Assembly: GCA_016748015.1 (NCBI GenBank)
Contig: JAAOMT010000009.1
Span: 1,010,459-1,074,458, forward strand
DNA from: Geosiphon pyriformis uo1
Taxonomy: Eukaryota; Fungi; Glomeromycota
DNA: 64,000 nt
Reading direction: 5' to 3'
The notes below the pieces were generated by a model, which was not told the DNA's origin, made no database searches, and saw only the letters and a list, made by a program, of their open reading frames with translations. This document shows, in pieces, positions 37,736-51,415 of this stretch (the first letter of the stretch is position 1; every line of letters starts with the position of its first letter). Made by a program: the position numbers and the translations under genes.

Positions 37736-40700
37736 TCAGCAACTATGACCACATCCTGCAGGACATTCTGAAGAGCTTTGAAACCATTCTTGCATGTGTT
37801 CCAAATGTCCTCCATGACTACATCCTTGGCACCATGCAAATAGACCTTTCACAATTTGATGGCTTTGAAGAATTAACATGCAAAAGATTAGTCCAATTAT
37901 GATGATAAAGGACCACTTTATAGAAAATCATACCATATTGAGCAGGAAGTTAGCAATTTTTGGCATTTTTCGCATCTCGAGAAACCATTATTTGAATTTA
38001 GGATAAGCTTGGAACAATTATTGCATATCATATAGATGGTTGTAGATTCCTTTGTACATGACAGCGTTATTCATCATATTCTCTGTAAATTTTAACAATT
38101 TAATTGCAATAAAAAAATCTCAATACCTGATTTTGGACTCGCACTAAAGGAATTTTACTGGAGTTAATTACCGCGGCTGCGCTAGTCCAAAGTTGAAAAC
38201 GCTGGAGGAGTTCTTTAAAGACAATCGATTTTTAACTATAATCGAGGTGCTTTCTAAAATGACAAACAACCTACCAATATATGAAAAAGTCCATTCCTTT
38301 ATGAGATCTTCGCTCACCTTTATCCTTTGATCAAGGGTATTTACTAAGATTACACACATTTGTACATCTCCCTTAAATATAATGAAAGGAATGAGAAATA
38401 ATTCTTTCTTTGACTGATTTGTTGTGAGCTTACCTGCTCCGCGTAATAATGAAGCAAGCTATCCATTATAGGTTCATGATTCCAAACTGGTCTTACTGCC
38501 AATCTGAGTGTGGGTTGAACCACTTTAGTCGTCATTTTTATAAAATTCGAAGCAGGTTGTAAAGCTGCTTCTAGCACAATTTCCTTCCCTCGGGGTTCAT
38601 CTGGAACAAATACATCACTCTCTTCAGATTCCGACAAGGAATCTTCATTCTTGATAAAGTGAAATATTTTTTCATGCCAATCACAAAGCCTGACTTATTA
38701 AAGCACAGAAAGAATAGACATACTTCCTGAGAATGATCGATTCCTTTTTCTTTCAACTTTGAACTATTTTCTTGGAGCTCGGATTCTTTAGAAGATTTTG
38801 AGGAACGGTTCAGAGATAAATCAGGTGCCGTAGTTTCAGTCAATTTCAAGTTTTCTGAAGACACAGCAGGATACATGAGGCAAAGTATTGTGAATTTAAT
38901 GAAGGAATTGCATCATGACTATATGACTCACCACTCTCTGGACTGCTGATTTTAAAGGATGCCCCTTTTCCATACAAAAGTTGTATAATTTTCCATGTTT
39001 GAGAAGAACGATATTTTTGGGCTTCCCAAGCAACCTGGATATTGGTAGAATAGAGCTTAGCCAGCTGCTCTAAAGTGGAAATATTAAAATTTTTTCTCAC
39101 CCTTGCATTATGTTCGCAAGTGTTCCAAATATCTTCGCTTGAGATAATATAGTTTTCAGCTAGATATCTGAATGATTCATAATCAAATGTCATTAGACAA
39201 GCGACTCCTGTTTTAGGATGGTTACGAATATCAGCCTATGGAAAACCACGTTGTGAATAATGGATATTATTTAGTTAAATCACTTGAAAAAGCCTTATTT
39301 CGGTTAACAGACAATTTACCTCCATTACAATATCATTAATAGCAGGCGAGGGTCTTCTTTGCATCCTCCGAAATTGGTTATTGGTAGGAGTAGCTCTGCT
39401 GCTTTTAAAAAAAGAATTTAACATTTTTAATACTTGTTTCGAGGGAAACGCCCAAAGATAAATACTACGTACTGATCATCAGAGACAGTTGCGGGTTTAT
39501 CGATTGTAAACGCTATTTCATCGTAAACATTCCAGCCAATGGCATTTTTGTTCAATAGATCAAGTTGGCGATAAGATTTAACTCTTATATCTTGTTGAAT
39601 GAAAGATTTATCTTTTGAACATGACCATAAGACATTGGCGTCATCCCACAAAATTCCTATGTGAAATCATGAGTGATTTAATCAATTAATGGAAAATTAT
39701 CAAGTCACAAAGATAGAAATCATGCCCACCAGTAGGTGAATCCTCATGCTCATCAAAAAAATAACTAGATATATAAGGTCTTTTTAAATTCCATATGAAT
39801 ATACGGTTGTCATTGCTGAAAGAGCAGGAAGCAATCTCATCAGGATGGTTAGGCCGCCATTTAATACGTGCGACGGGGGCGATACATGATACAAGCACTA
39901 TCTCGGGAGCTTGACGATTTTCAGAATTCATATCCCAGATCTATATATAAAGGAATATATGAGCAAATTTTTGATATATTTAAAGAGACTATTTTGTTTC
40001 CAGGTACATACTTTAATGTTTTTGTCACGCCCACCGCTTGCCAATTTATGGCCATCAGAATGCCAATCCAACGCCAAAACAGACCCGGTATGCCCAAAAA
40101 ATCGCTTTTCACACATAGAAGGTTTTCTAATGTCCCATTTCTAAATATGAATGCCATCACAAGAATACGATTACTTTCAATCAAAAAAAAAAATCAAGTT
40201 AAAAATATAAATTTACCTGAATAGTTCCGTTATCAAAGGCGGCAACGAATTCATTTCCATTGGACGGATGAAATTGTACATCCCGAACACTTTCGGACTT
40301 ACCATCAAATGTAACCTTTGATCGATCTCGATCCCGAATATCCTAAAATCATGAAATTAGACCTATGATTCATTATGAAAATGTTGGGAAAGCCCATTTT
40401 AAAATTGTTTAGACTTACCCACATTTGTATGGTCCAATCTTGAAGGGCACTCAAAATTAATGTTCCTTGAAGCGGATTAAAACATATCCTATTGATCGCC
40501 CGTCCTTGTTCGCCTATCATTCTTTCTTTGTTTCATATTGAACAAATGAGCTTGCTTGGACGAATATTGAATTTCAGATAAAGAGACAAGTAGATGTGTT
40601 TACTTCAAATATGAAAGATACAGATGACATACCTAGTAATCCCTTGCCACTTCCAACATCCCAAATAAGAATGTATCCATTGTTAGAAGCGGTGGCGATT

Positions 40701-41514
40701 TTATTATGCGAGTCTATGAATTAAACAAGATGTTATTTTTATTTAATTCCTTTTTTTAGTTGCGAGTTATTGGATCAAATAATACACTGTAGAATAAAGA
40801 ACAAACCTCACATTGTTTTCCCCATTTTACATCATTATTACTCTGCTTATTATTAGATTCCCTAGTCTTAAGATTGAGCTCCTCAGTTATCTTTTTATCT
40901 GAAATCTTTAAAGTTTTAAGAACTAAATTAAAAGCAAATATCCAAGATTAAAACTTTGAAGAGATCTTCTCAAGGTCTTATTGAGTCCAAAAAAAAGCAA
41001 TTATTTGGTTGGCGACTCCAGCATGGCTTAAACTTCAAGAGCCTTAATCCCAATACTACAGCAAAAATCTTTAATCAAATTTTAGTCTCAAAAAATTGGC
41101 TAAGTCATGATTTTATATTTAATAAATATAACCGAGTTTTTCAGAGCTAATTATTACATAATCAAAACCCTTCATCTGAGAAATTAAACAAAAAGCCACA
41201 AGCTTATTTTTTGGGTAGGGAAAATATTGAGAAAAACCTTGATGTCCAGCCAAGACAACAACAGTTCGGTCTGGCGAAGCAGACAACGCATTTAAGTAGT
41301 TGTTGAATTTTATTCGTACGAAGTTGCGAGTTACATCACGCTTTGCATCTAAACTTTGATTCTTGTTCGGTGCCTCTGACCATGAAGAAAAACTGAAACT
41401 AGAATAAGCATTGCTCGACGATCCCCCACCCCCAGGTGACCAATTTGCTTGATTAGAAGTTGGAGTCACTGGGCGTGGGCCAAAGCGCCAATTGAAATTT
41501 GAAGGCTCTGCCAT
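37736..41514 (-). CDS. RTC1: SEACAT/GATOR2 subunit Rtc1/Sea2 (WDR24)
   Basis: WD40 repeats ([33 protein letters not shown]), CEHNARVA, GDVQMCV, C-terminal [27 protein letters not shown]...CPAGCGHSC. Confidence 0.92.
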
Positions 41515-41662
41515 AAGGCGTCAAAATATTATAGGTCAAGTGGCTCGGATTCTTTATTGCATATAAAAATTCAGAGGGAAATTAATAAACTGGCAATTTT
41601 GTTGAAAAACGCGCTTCTGTCTTATTAAATATCTGACAATCATTTTACCGATCGACATTAAA
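41515..41662. promoter_or_regulatory. Compact bidirectional promoter RTC1 / SDR
   Basis: 148 bp between divergent ATGs. Confidence 0.5.
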
Positions 41663-43297
41663 ATGTCTAAGGTTAATGAGCGGCTCAATCAAGTTGCTAA
41701 TCACCTTTCTTCTCACCGAGAGCCTCGGCCTAGTACTGTTGGCCAACGACATAATGAGAACGCACCTCGTTTAAGCGAAAAGGTTTGCATTATTACTGGG
41801 GCTGGCTCTGAGCAAGGGATTGGGTCAGTATTTTTTGTCTTCATGAAAGTTTGGTACAGAGACTCTAAAATAAAAGATTGAAATCTTGTTTATAGACGTG
41901 CAACTGCTTGGATATACGCAAAAAACGGTATATTACTGCATTATTTCATTTGAATTCCACAATCGGAATCAAATAATTAATCACATTTCTCATTCTCTTT
42001 CTAATAGGTCCCAAAGCCATATATATAACGGATTATCGAGAAGACTTGTTACCACAACTAGCTAAAGACATTCAAACCGAATATCCCGAAGTCAATGTGA
42101 TACCCCTTCAAGTTGATGCAGCATCAGAAAGTGCTGTAAAATTAGTCATTCAGGACTCGTTAAATAGGTTTGGCAGACTTGATGTCTTCTTCGCTAATGC
42201 GGGTTAGATCTCGAATTATTTATTGCTTCAAATCTTTATGTCTGGATGCGTTAGTGAATTAAGTAATATTATAATGACCATTTTATATGCTAAAAAATAG
42301 GTATTGCTACCATGGAGACTCAAGATTTTGAATTCATGAATACATTGAAAGTAAGCTGACAAATTTTGCCATCTTCCGATTGATCAAAATATTCTTAAGC
42401 CTAATTCCCGAATATCCTCTAATTTAACAATATGAGATAAACACGTCAAGGTAAGTTATAAACCTTTGTTTGATTTTTTGGAAAATTAAAGGGATAAAAA
42501 TTATCTGGAATTAGTGTGTTTCTTGCTATCAAATATGCGTCCGAGGCAATGAAAGTCATTGGTGGCAAGGGAAAAAAAGAGAAGCCTGGTGGATCAATTA
42601 TTGCTACAGCTTCAGGTTTTTTATAAACAAGCTTCATATCTTTACAGATGACATTTTGGCTAAAATAAACTAATTAAGCCAAAATTTTTCCCAGTTGCGG
42701 GAATTCGATCTGGAGCTGGTGGAATGGCTTATTCTGCTTCGAAAGCTGGGTAAATGATGCCTCTTTTCAATCACAACTACTTCATTTCTTTCTCCCCATT
42801 TATTCTGTTAGTTTGATTGAGGTAGGGTAATCAATTTGATTAAGACGGGGGCATGTCATTTGGCCAATACAAACATTCGTGTGAATGCAATATGCCCGGT
42901 AATTGGAAATGTCCTTTATTAATCGTCTTTCGAGCCTCTGAAGCAATCCTTATGATGCCTAATTTTACAGGGATTAATCGAAACCAACATGACCAAACCA
43001 ATCTTTGATTATGCCCGTAGCTCTGGAAAAGTCAATCGGGTGGGACTTTTAAATCCTTTGCAGCGACATGGTCTACCAGAAGAGGTGATATTCTCTGTCT
43101 CGTTATTTTCTTTGAAGAATTAATTATCATTCAAATATATTTGGTTATAGATCGCGAATGTGGCCCTGTTTTTAGCAAGCGAAGAGAGTTCATATGTGAA
43201 TGGACATGCCTTGGTTGTTGATGGAGGCCTTTCAGCTACTATTCCAATCATTCTGGGAAAATGGAAGGGAATGGAAAGGAATACAAAGTCGTCCTGA
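41663..43297 (+). CDS. Classical short-chain dehydrogenase/reductase with N-terminal PTS2
   Basis: [45 protein letters not shown]; RLNQVANHL. Includes a 14-nt microexon at 42437-42450. Confidence 0.9.
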
Positions 43298-43956
43298 TCT
43301 TGGCACTACCATTTCGTATACTAAAGTCATCATCAATTCACTTTAACTTTTGTTTTATTTGAATATTTTATATTCTAAGTTTTTTATCTCTACTCATTGG
43401 AAGAGGGTATAATGTAAAAATTTACCGAAAAATAAAGATGAGGAGTGTCATTTAAGGAAATGACTATTAAGAAAAGTTTGTTAATGCCAAAAATTTTTGT
43501 GAAACACGGATTTTAAATATTGAGAAAAATACAAATTGAGAGTTTTTTAAACTAAAATAAATTACTTGGAATATTTTCATTAGAAGTTTAACAACATATA
43601 CACATGCCTTTTATAAAAAAGTGGGTTTCAATTTTTTATATATGTTTTAGTATCAAATATCCATATATTTTCAACTTTGACACAACTTCTATTTTTGTAC
43701 GTTAAAAAATAGTTGAAAATTTTTGCCATAAAAAATGGTATATTCCTTTTTCCTTTTTCCTTGAAAACGGTATGGGCCACATTGAGAAATAACTTTTAAA
43801 GAAATTTATCCAAACGCCACGAGTAAAAAAATAATTTTTTGATTTTCCTTCACAAAAAATTGCAAGTTTGCCATTTTGTAATTATAAAATAAACAGGAAA
43901 ATAAAGGAAAACACAAATATTTAGGGTATCGTTTAATAATGAAATTTCAGCAAAAT

Positions 43957-44999
43957 TTATTGCTCGTGTGGCTTCTCTCCCGAAATAGCAACATTAAGGG
44001 ATTCTAATAATAATTTTTCAAAATTTTCACAATCCAAAACTCCTTTTACATCAAACCAATTACCATAAGATCTGGTAATAGTATATTTGTTATTAATAGT
44101 TGTGATTGTTGAATTTGAGTTGGAATTTTTTTGTCCACCTTTCACTTCAAAAGTTATATTATACAGGTCAGAATAACGATCGGTAGTTGTATGAATCGTA
44201 AGGACGTGATAATTTTCATATTGCTGTATTAGATGAATATATATTAGAAAGGTTTTGAGCAAAAATAAAACTACTACTAAATGAATAATGAAAATAATAC
44301 CTCTGTCACGTTAATCGGACTACCGACAAATATTATATCTTTCTCAATTAAAAATGAATATGCCATCATCAACCCGTTTAATGTCAAGTAACTGTAGTTT
44401 TCAAAAATTATTTCATATTCATTTATTGATGTAAAAGGATAACTTTGTTTTTTTTTGTTTTTGTTTTTGTTATTGTTTTTTTTCCAAAAAATTTCAATAA
44501 ACATTAAAGGATACGCGACAAGACATATTGACGTCACCCCTTTTGACTGATGAAAGGGTGTTATATAAGTATAAGATCCACCAACTAACGCAAATATACA
44601 TGACAAATAGCCAAGTAATAGTTTGATATCAGTGTGTGTGTGATGTTGAGAATACTGTGCTTTAGTTGTTAAGAACTTGGAGAAAAAGAGAATCCCCGAT
44701 AAAAAAAATCATCAATTATGATGTGAAACGTAAATTAAAAATGAGCAAATAATTCATAAACAAACCTTTTGAACATAATCATCACACGCATTTTTCAAAT
44801 CACTTAAATTCCACTTATTAACTTTGATTACTTCGTTTGTATTCTCTTCTTTTTCCCTTTCTTGTTTGGAGTCTTCTTTTTCAGACTCTATCTGATTTTC
44901 TAGTTTTACCGGTATATTTATGAGTGTTTAAATGCTTCCATGGGTACTTCATTTTCCATGTTTTCTATTACCTTCAATTGGAATCGTTTGTTCAGACAT
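43957..44999 (-). CDS. SPC2: Signal peptidase complex subunit 2 (Spc2/SPCS2)
   Basis: KVNKWNLSDLKNACDD, HTHTDIKLLLGY, two transmembrane segments, SYGNWFDVKG. Confidence 0.9.
44392..44514 (-). other. U12-type GT-AG intron in SPC2
   Basis: 5'SS GTATCCTTTA (full U12 consensus); 3' end TTTTTGAAAACTACAG. Removal gives CLVA|YLTLNG. Confidence 0.8.
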
Positions 45000-45367
45000 G
45001 ATCAAAATTGAAAAAACCAAATATGAACTCGGGTAAAAAATTAATTTATAGAGTTGAGTGGATAGAATGTATCCAATCATTACGTGCCACACCCCACTCG
45101 TTTGATGATATTTAGAATTCTTAACGATATACTAGCTTATTGAAATTTTTCTTAAATTAGTTTTGCACATTGCTTACAACCATTTTTAGGTTTGATAATT
45201 AAAAGAATTTGAACCAATGATGTTAATCTATTAAAAGAGGTCTTTAATAAATCATACCAACGCGTTTTTTTTGATAAAGGTTTGGGATTAGTTTTCCATT
45301 TATTGAGACATAAGTAAATGTGTAAAGCCTCATTGAATCAAAATAGTAACAAAATGTTTTAATTCCT

Positions 45368-47791
45368 TTATACACTGTTCTGGTCTAAAGCAGCAGATGG
45401 TTTTTCCTCAATAGGTTTCATTGCAGGGAACAAAAGAACCTACGAAAATAAATATCATTTTAAAATTTTTCATCACCAAAAAGATAATCACTGTTAAAAA
45501 AAGTACCTCTTTGATATTAGAACTATTAGTCAAAAACATTGTGAGGCGATCAATACCCATACCCCAGCCAGCTCTAAAAAAAATTAAAAAATTTTATTAA
45601 CTAAAAACTATAATGAACGCATTTTGGCATATTATAATAACTTACGTCGGGGGTAGTCCATATTCTAAACTTGTACAAAAAATCTCATCGACAAGCTGAG
45701 CTTCATCGTCACCTTGATCTTTTTGTCGAGCCTGCTCCTCGAACCGTTCACGCTGATCAAATGGATCATTCAATTCAGTATAGGCATTGCAAACTTCTTT
45801 GGTTGCGACAAAAAGTTCGAATCGCTCACATAAACCGTTAATATCACGATGGCTTTTAGCAAGAGGAGACATCATTTGAGGATGACCGACAATAAATGTG
45901 GGTGATACACATTCAACTTCGATGAAATCGCCAACTAGCTGTAAAAATATGGATAAATCAGTTTTTTTACGCTAAAATTCAAATAAGAGATAAAATGATG
46001 TAGTCTTGATTCAATTTTTCTCACTTTGTCCAACAATCGGGAATTTGTTCTGGGAGGTTGACATTCCACCTGATTCTTTTGACAAATCTCTATAAGGAAT
46101 TTGTTTGTTGCATCCGAATGAAGTTCTGAAGCAGGAGGAAATTTGACGCCAAGTTTTTCCTCTAATCTTTCTATCATGTTGATTCTTTTGAAGGGTGGGG
46201 TGAAATCTATTTCAAACGTTTCGCCTTCTGATCCATGGGGCTGGTAAGTAACTTTGTATCCACCTGTTATATATTTTACCATGTTAGATAACATGCTCTC
46301 AGTGATATCCATTAGATCATACATATCCGCATACGCCATATAAAATTCAACAGTCGTAAATTCAGGATTGTGTGTCAAATCAATAGACTCATTTCGAAAC
46401 TGTCGTCCAATTTCATAAACACGATCCAGTCCTCCCACTACGAGCATTTTGAGGTATAATTCAGGTGCTACTCGCATGAAAAGGTCAAGCTTAAGATCAT
46501 TGTGATGGGTAACAAATGGCTTGGCAGTAGCTCCTCCTGCGATCATGTTCATCATCGGTGTTTCAACCTGATGAAAAAAAATTACCGAGTTGTGAGGAAA
46601 GAGCGACATTATCAATTTTGATATTTTTGATCCGAACCTCTAGAAATCCCAGGTTATCCAAGAATTTCCTAACGTAATTAACAATCTTTGCTCGGACAAT
46701 AAATTTCTCTCTAACGTGATTGTTGATAAGTAAATCCAAATAACGTTGTCTATAGCGAGATTCTTGATCCTTGAAACCATAGTGTGCTTTTGGCAGCATA
46801 TGCAAACATGGAGAAAGTAACACTATATCTTTAGGGAAGATTGACAATTCACCACGCTTAGATTTGCCTGGAAATCCTCGAACCCCAACAACATCACCAC
46901 GGCGAAGAACATCATGAACTTCAACGAAATCTCGTTCAGAATCTCTGTAGTAATGCCAATACCTGATTAATTAAAGAGTTTTGAAAAAAAAACCCCAAGA
47001 TAAACTTAATGAAATAAATCTACTGGGCTTGAGCCATAATCTGAATCTTAACTCCTTCGCTGTGTAAATCGTAGAATTTCAACTTGGATCCAGATGCACG
47101 CTTATTATGAATGCGTCCACCAAGATTCACAATATCGGTCAAGTGCTCACCAGGTAGAAGGCTGCTATATTTTTGAATAAAGTTTGGCACTGACGTATCA
47201 ACGTGAAATTTGTGTGGATATGGATTTGGATTTTTGTTCTCACGTAGTTTGAGAATCTTTTCGGAACGAATCTCAAAATATTTCTAAATTAAAATTGTTT
47301 TGAATTAAGATATTTTTTCAAGAACATTATGTAAAAGAGAAATTATAAATAATTAAACAGGAACTTGCTAATCACATTTGGATGTAAACTTTCTTCAGAA
47401 TCTTCGACATTTTCGGTTATTTCTGTCGTAGATTTAACTACAGAGGCAACAGTAGAAGTCGTGGGTTTCACAACCTAACCAAAGCGAATCAAATTAGAGT
47501 CACATGACACATTGCTTCATTAATATATTTAAATATCATACCTTTTTTGCTTCTTTTTCGCGCTGTTTTTTACGCCTTTTCAGTTCACTTGAAATTTAGG
47601 AAACGAATAGAGATTAATAGGAAAGTGTAAGACCGGTACAGAGTACTATTTTTCTCTTTTTCCCCGCTTACAAGTTAAAAAATAGGCAAGCAACATAAAA
47701 TAAACATGTTTCCTCAAAGAATTATTTACCTCTTTGATACTTTCTCTCCCGTTACCTCGTCTAAAAGAACGCGTTCCTCGCTTGTGCTCAT
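45368..47791 (-). CDS. KRS1: Cytosolic lysyl-tRNA synthetase (class II)
   Basis: [62 protein letters not shown]. Confidence 0.97.
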
Positions 47792-48275
47792 ATTTGCGTG
47801 TCGTTGGATAATAAAAAGAGAACAGATCTTGTTTAATTGAAAAGTCCTGTTGGGAATGTGAACTTGTTTTATCAGGCGGCTCGAAAAATTCATTCAAAAA
47901 GAAAATGTTTAGATCTTTTTGATCATGATTATAAAAAATATAGATTTGTGACGTCAGAAATAATCATTTATTAAATTTTCTTTTGAATTAAAATATATAA
48001 TATTATCAAATCAAATCAAATCAACTCAAATCGTTTCATTTATAGTTACATAGAGAAATTAGAGTTTCAGCCTTAAATTTGAAACGATCGTATTCTTGGA
48101 ATTGAAAAGTGTTTATAAATCTTTCATTGTATAACCTCAATATTTTTCGCGAAGCTTAACCAAATTGTGATCCATCGTTCACTTGTGAAACAAATAAGCA
48201 TGTATCGAGTAAAAAAAGAGAGCTTGGGATTCTCAAGAACATAACATTCTTGGAGATATTCTTTAATAGAACTAT

Positions 48276-51200
48276 TTAATTATGAGATAAGATGATTGCC
48301 ACCCGACATGGAATATAGACCTAAAGACAAAAAATTGATTAACTTTGGACGAAAAACATGGCATATTAAGAATTTGATTCAGAATAAAAATATCATTTTC
48401 CACCTGGATAAAGTTCTTACGACCATTCCATTCTTCCGGTTTTGAAAAGTAGGATTGAGTTTCATCAATTCGATCATGCCCACCAAATTTTTTCCTATCG
48501 GTGTTCAACACAATCTTGTACTCGCCTGACCATTCTGTGCCAACTCTATAATCGACAAAAGACTGGGTCGGGTGAAAGTTGAAAATCCACAATAGATTTC
48601 CTCGTTCAAACACAATTAGTTTATCAACTTCATGTTTCAGAGAAATGAAAGCCTAAGTGCAGGAATTTCTTTTAATTTTAAAACAACAGCCAAGATTCGA
48701 ATATTATTATTCAACACACGTACTTGTGGAGATTGCAACCAACCCCATTGTTCTTCAGCTGCTTGCATCGCCTTGTCAAATTCATTCAAGTATTTGTATC
48801 TTAGTAGTTGGTCATCGACCACGTTCCATTGTCGTCTGGCATAATGGTAAGAATTATTATTTCCCTCCCGAGGAAAATCTAACCATTCTGGATGACCAAA
48901 TTCATTTCCCTCAAAGTTTAAGTAGCCTTCACCACCTAATCCGTGGGTCACGAGACTATTGGAAAATGAACAAGGAAACATGGAAGATTTAATTGGAAGC
49001 AAAAAGGTTTGAAAACTTGATATTCGAATGACACGATAATTACCGAATCATTTTATGAAGAGCTAGTCCTCGATCAATAACAGGTGTTAGAGGTGATAGG
49101 TCTGACATATGGGTATACATCTCCTTGTCCATAAGCCAAAAAGCTAGTGTCTTATCACCCACCAAGGCTTGATCGTGGGACTCAGCGTATGCTATATTTT
49201 TTTCCTTGAAATTTGATCCAAAGAATATTCTTAATATATAAAAAATTAATAATAACCGTAAAACTCAAATACAAACCATGTGTCTTCTGTTAGTTAATAA
49301 CCAGCATATGTTTGCCATGTCCCATTCGTCATCCTTTTTTTCCTTTAACAGCTTGATCCACATATCTGGAATAGCCATTGCAAGACGATAATCAAAACCA
49401 ATACCACCTTCGGAAACTGGACGACAAAGACCAGGCATTCCGGAAACGTCTTAAATGAAAAGTGTAAATGTTAAGAGATTGCGGCCTCAAACATTTAGAA
49501 AAACATTAAATGATAATTTTACCTTCAGCAATAGTGATGATGTTTGGATATAATTTGTGAACCATATCGTTTGCCTGAACGAATCCAAAATTAAGAAACA
49601 ATCAATTCATCTTTTATTTCAAGAATAGACGAAACTCACTAGCATCAAATAGACCAAAGCCTCTTCATCAGCTTGATCACCAAAATATTCATGGTAGCCA
49701 CCAGAAAATCCGGTTCCAATTCCATGATGAATGTATAACATACTCGTTACTCCATCAAATCTAAATCCATCAAACTGATATTCTTCCATATAAAATCTTA
49801 GATTTGATAGTAAGAATCGAAGTACTTCATGGTGACCATAATTGAACAGACGGCTTGTAATTCAGCCGAGTGATGAGATTTTTTTGAAAAGATATGAGCT
49901 CAATAAAATGGATGTTAATGAAATGAGTATTGAGAATGGTTAATTTACCTGTCCCAAAGATCGTGTCTTCCTTTACCACCTTCATGAAAATAACAATGAT
50001 CTGTGCCATCAAACATGTTTAAACCATCAAGGACGTTCTTGCATGCATGAGAATGAACCATGTCTAATAGAACGTAAAGTCCCAAGCCATGTGCTGTGTC
50101 AATTAAGCGTTTTAATGCTTCAGGTGGTCCTAGGAAAGATAACCGATATATTTTTAAATTTCAGACATTATCAAGTTTTAATGTTTAATTATTAAATGGT
50201 TCCTCCTACCATAACGACTTGAAGCGGCGAAAAAACTTGTAACTTGATATCCAAACGAGGCATAATACGCGTGTTCCATTATGGCCATTAATTGAATTGC
50301 ATTGTAACCAAGATCTTTGATACGCCTTAGAACGTTATCGGTGAATTCATCATACGTAGCTACACGACCTTCGACTGATGATATCCCAACTGGGGGTATC
50401 AGATTTTGATAGAAATATCAGATCTCCGTCTATTTGTTGTTCTCGGAAATGATGAGAAAATCAGATAAGCTAAAAGAGTCGCTTTACCATGGGCCTCATA
50501 TACTCTCAAACTCTTTGGCTTTCTAGGCGATTTGTTTTTCCACACATACTTGTACGGGGGATTCCAAAATATAGCATCATATGCCGGGCTAACACTTAGA
50601 TCTTGTGTTACCCGCTTTATCCAAGCTGGCAAACGGTCAATTATTTCTCCTTGGGGAGTAGTCAAGGAAATCTATTACAAGATATTATCAATGTTTTTTC
50701 ATGATCGTGACATTCTTACTCGTGCTTGATCAAAAGTTAAACTTGCCTTAATTTTAGTGTTGTGAGGAATTGCTGTAACACCTCCTGTAATGGCAGGAAT
50801 CTTGATTTCCCAAACACCAAAAGCATCTTTTGTCATGGGATTTGCTGACCTATCCCAATTATCTGAAATTAAAGAGAAATATTTAATATTCAGAGAAATT
50901 TAATTAGATAGAGATAGAGATAGAAACCTCCTAAAGATTTTCATGAATTACCAACTAATATATAGTGATCTTCCTTTTTTTTTTAAAGGTAAATAATCGT
51001 TTATGCTAATTATAATTTTATTAAACTTACTAAAATCGCCAATCAATGATGCTTTTACAGCATTCGGGGCCCATTCCCGATAAACGATATCTCCATTTGG
51101 GAAAACATTTAATCCAAAGCGTTCGTAGCCTCTAGAGAATTTCTCGAAACCACCTTCATAATGATCAATTTTTTCTAACCATTTTTTGTAAGCAGCATAT

Positions 51201-51415
51201 CTATTTTCGAATCATTGAAGAATTAACATTAATTGAATAGGAATAAATTAGAATTCGATTAGAAATAATTTATTTAACCTTTTTATTAAAGCACCCTCAA
51301 AAGGTTCTAACCAAGGATCCAAGGCTATAAGGCCAGCTCCTTCTTTACGTGAAGGGTCGATGTGACCTTTATTTATTTCTGTTTGCTTGATATTTTTAGT
51401 TTCAGTTGGAGCCAT
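48276..51415 (-). CDS. GLC3: 1,4-alpha-glucan (glycogen) branching enzyme, GH13_8
   Basis: [78 protein letters not shown]. Confidence 0.97.
50672..50746 (-). other. GC-AG (U2) intron in GLC3
   Basis: AAG|GCAAGT donor; joins HNTKIK|ISLTTP in frame. Confidence 0.85.

Noticed and set aside
38866-38874. GTATCCTG in RTC1 as a third U12 donor
   Set aside because: It lies inside an ordinary GTGAGT...CAG intron that already restores the frame (ES|ENLKL); using it with the candidate U12 acceptor creates a TAA.
21340-47791. Functional cluster of translation genes (eIF4E, DPH1, DTD1, eIF3h, KRS1) or organelle-import genes
   Set aside because: Interleaved with unrelated housekeeping genes; explained by a gene-dense conserved block.
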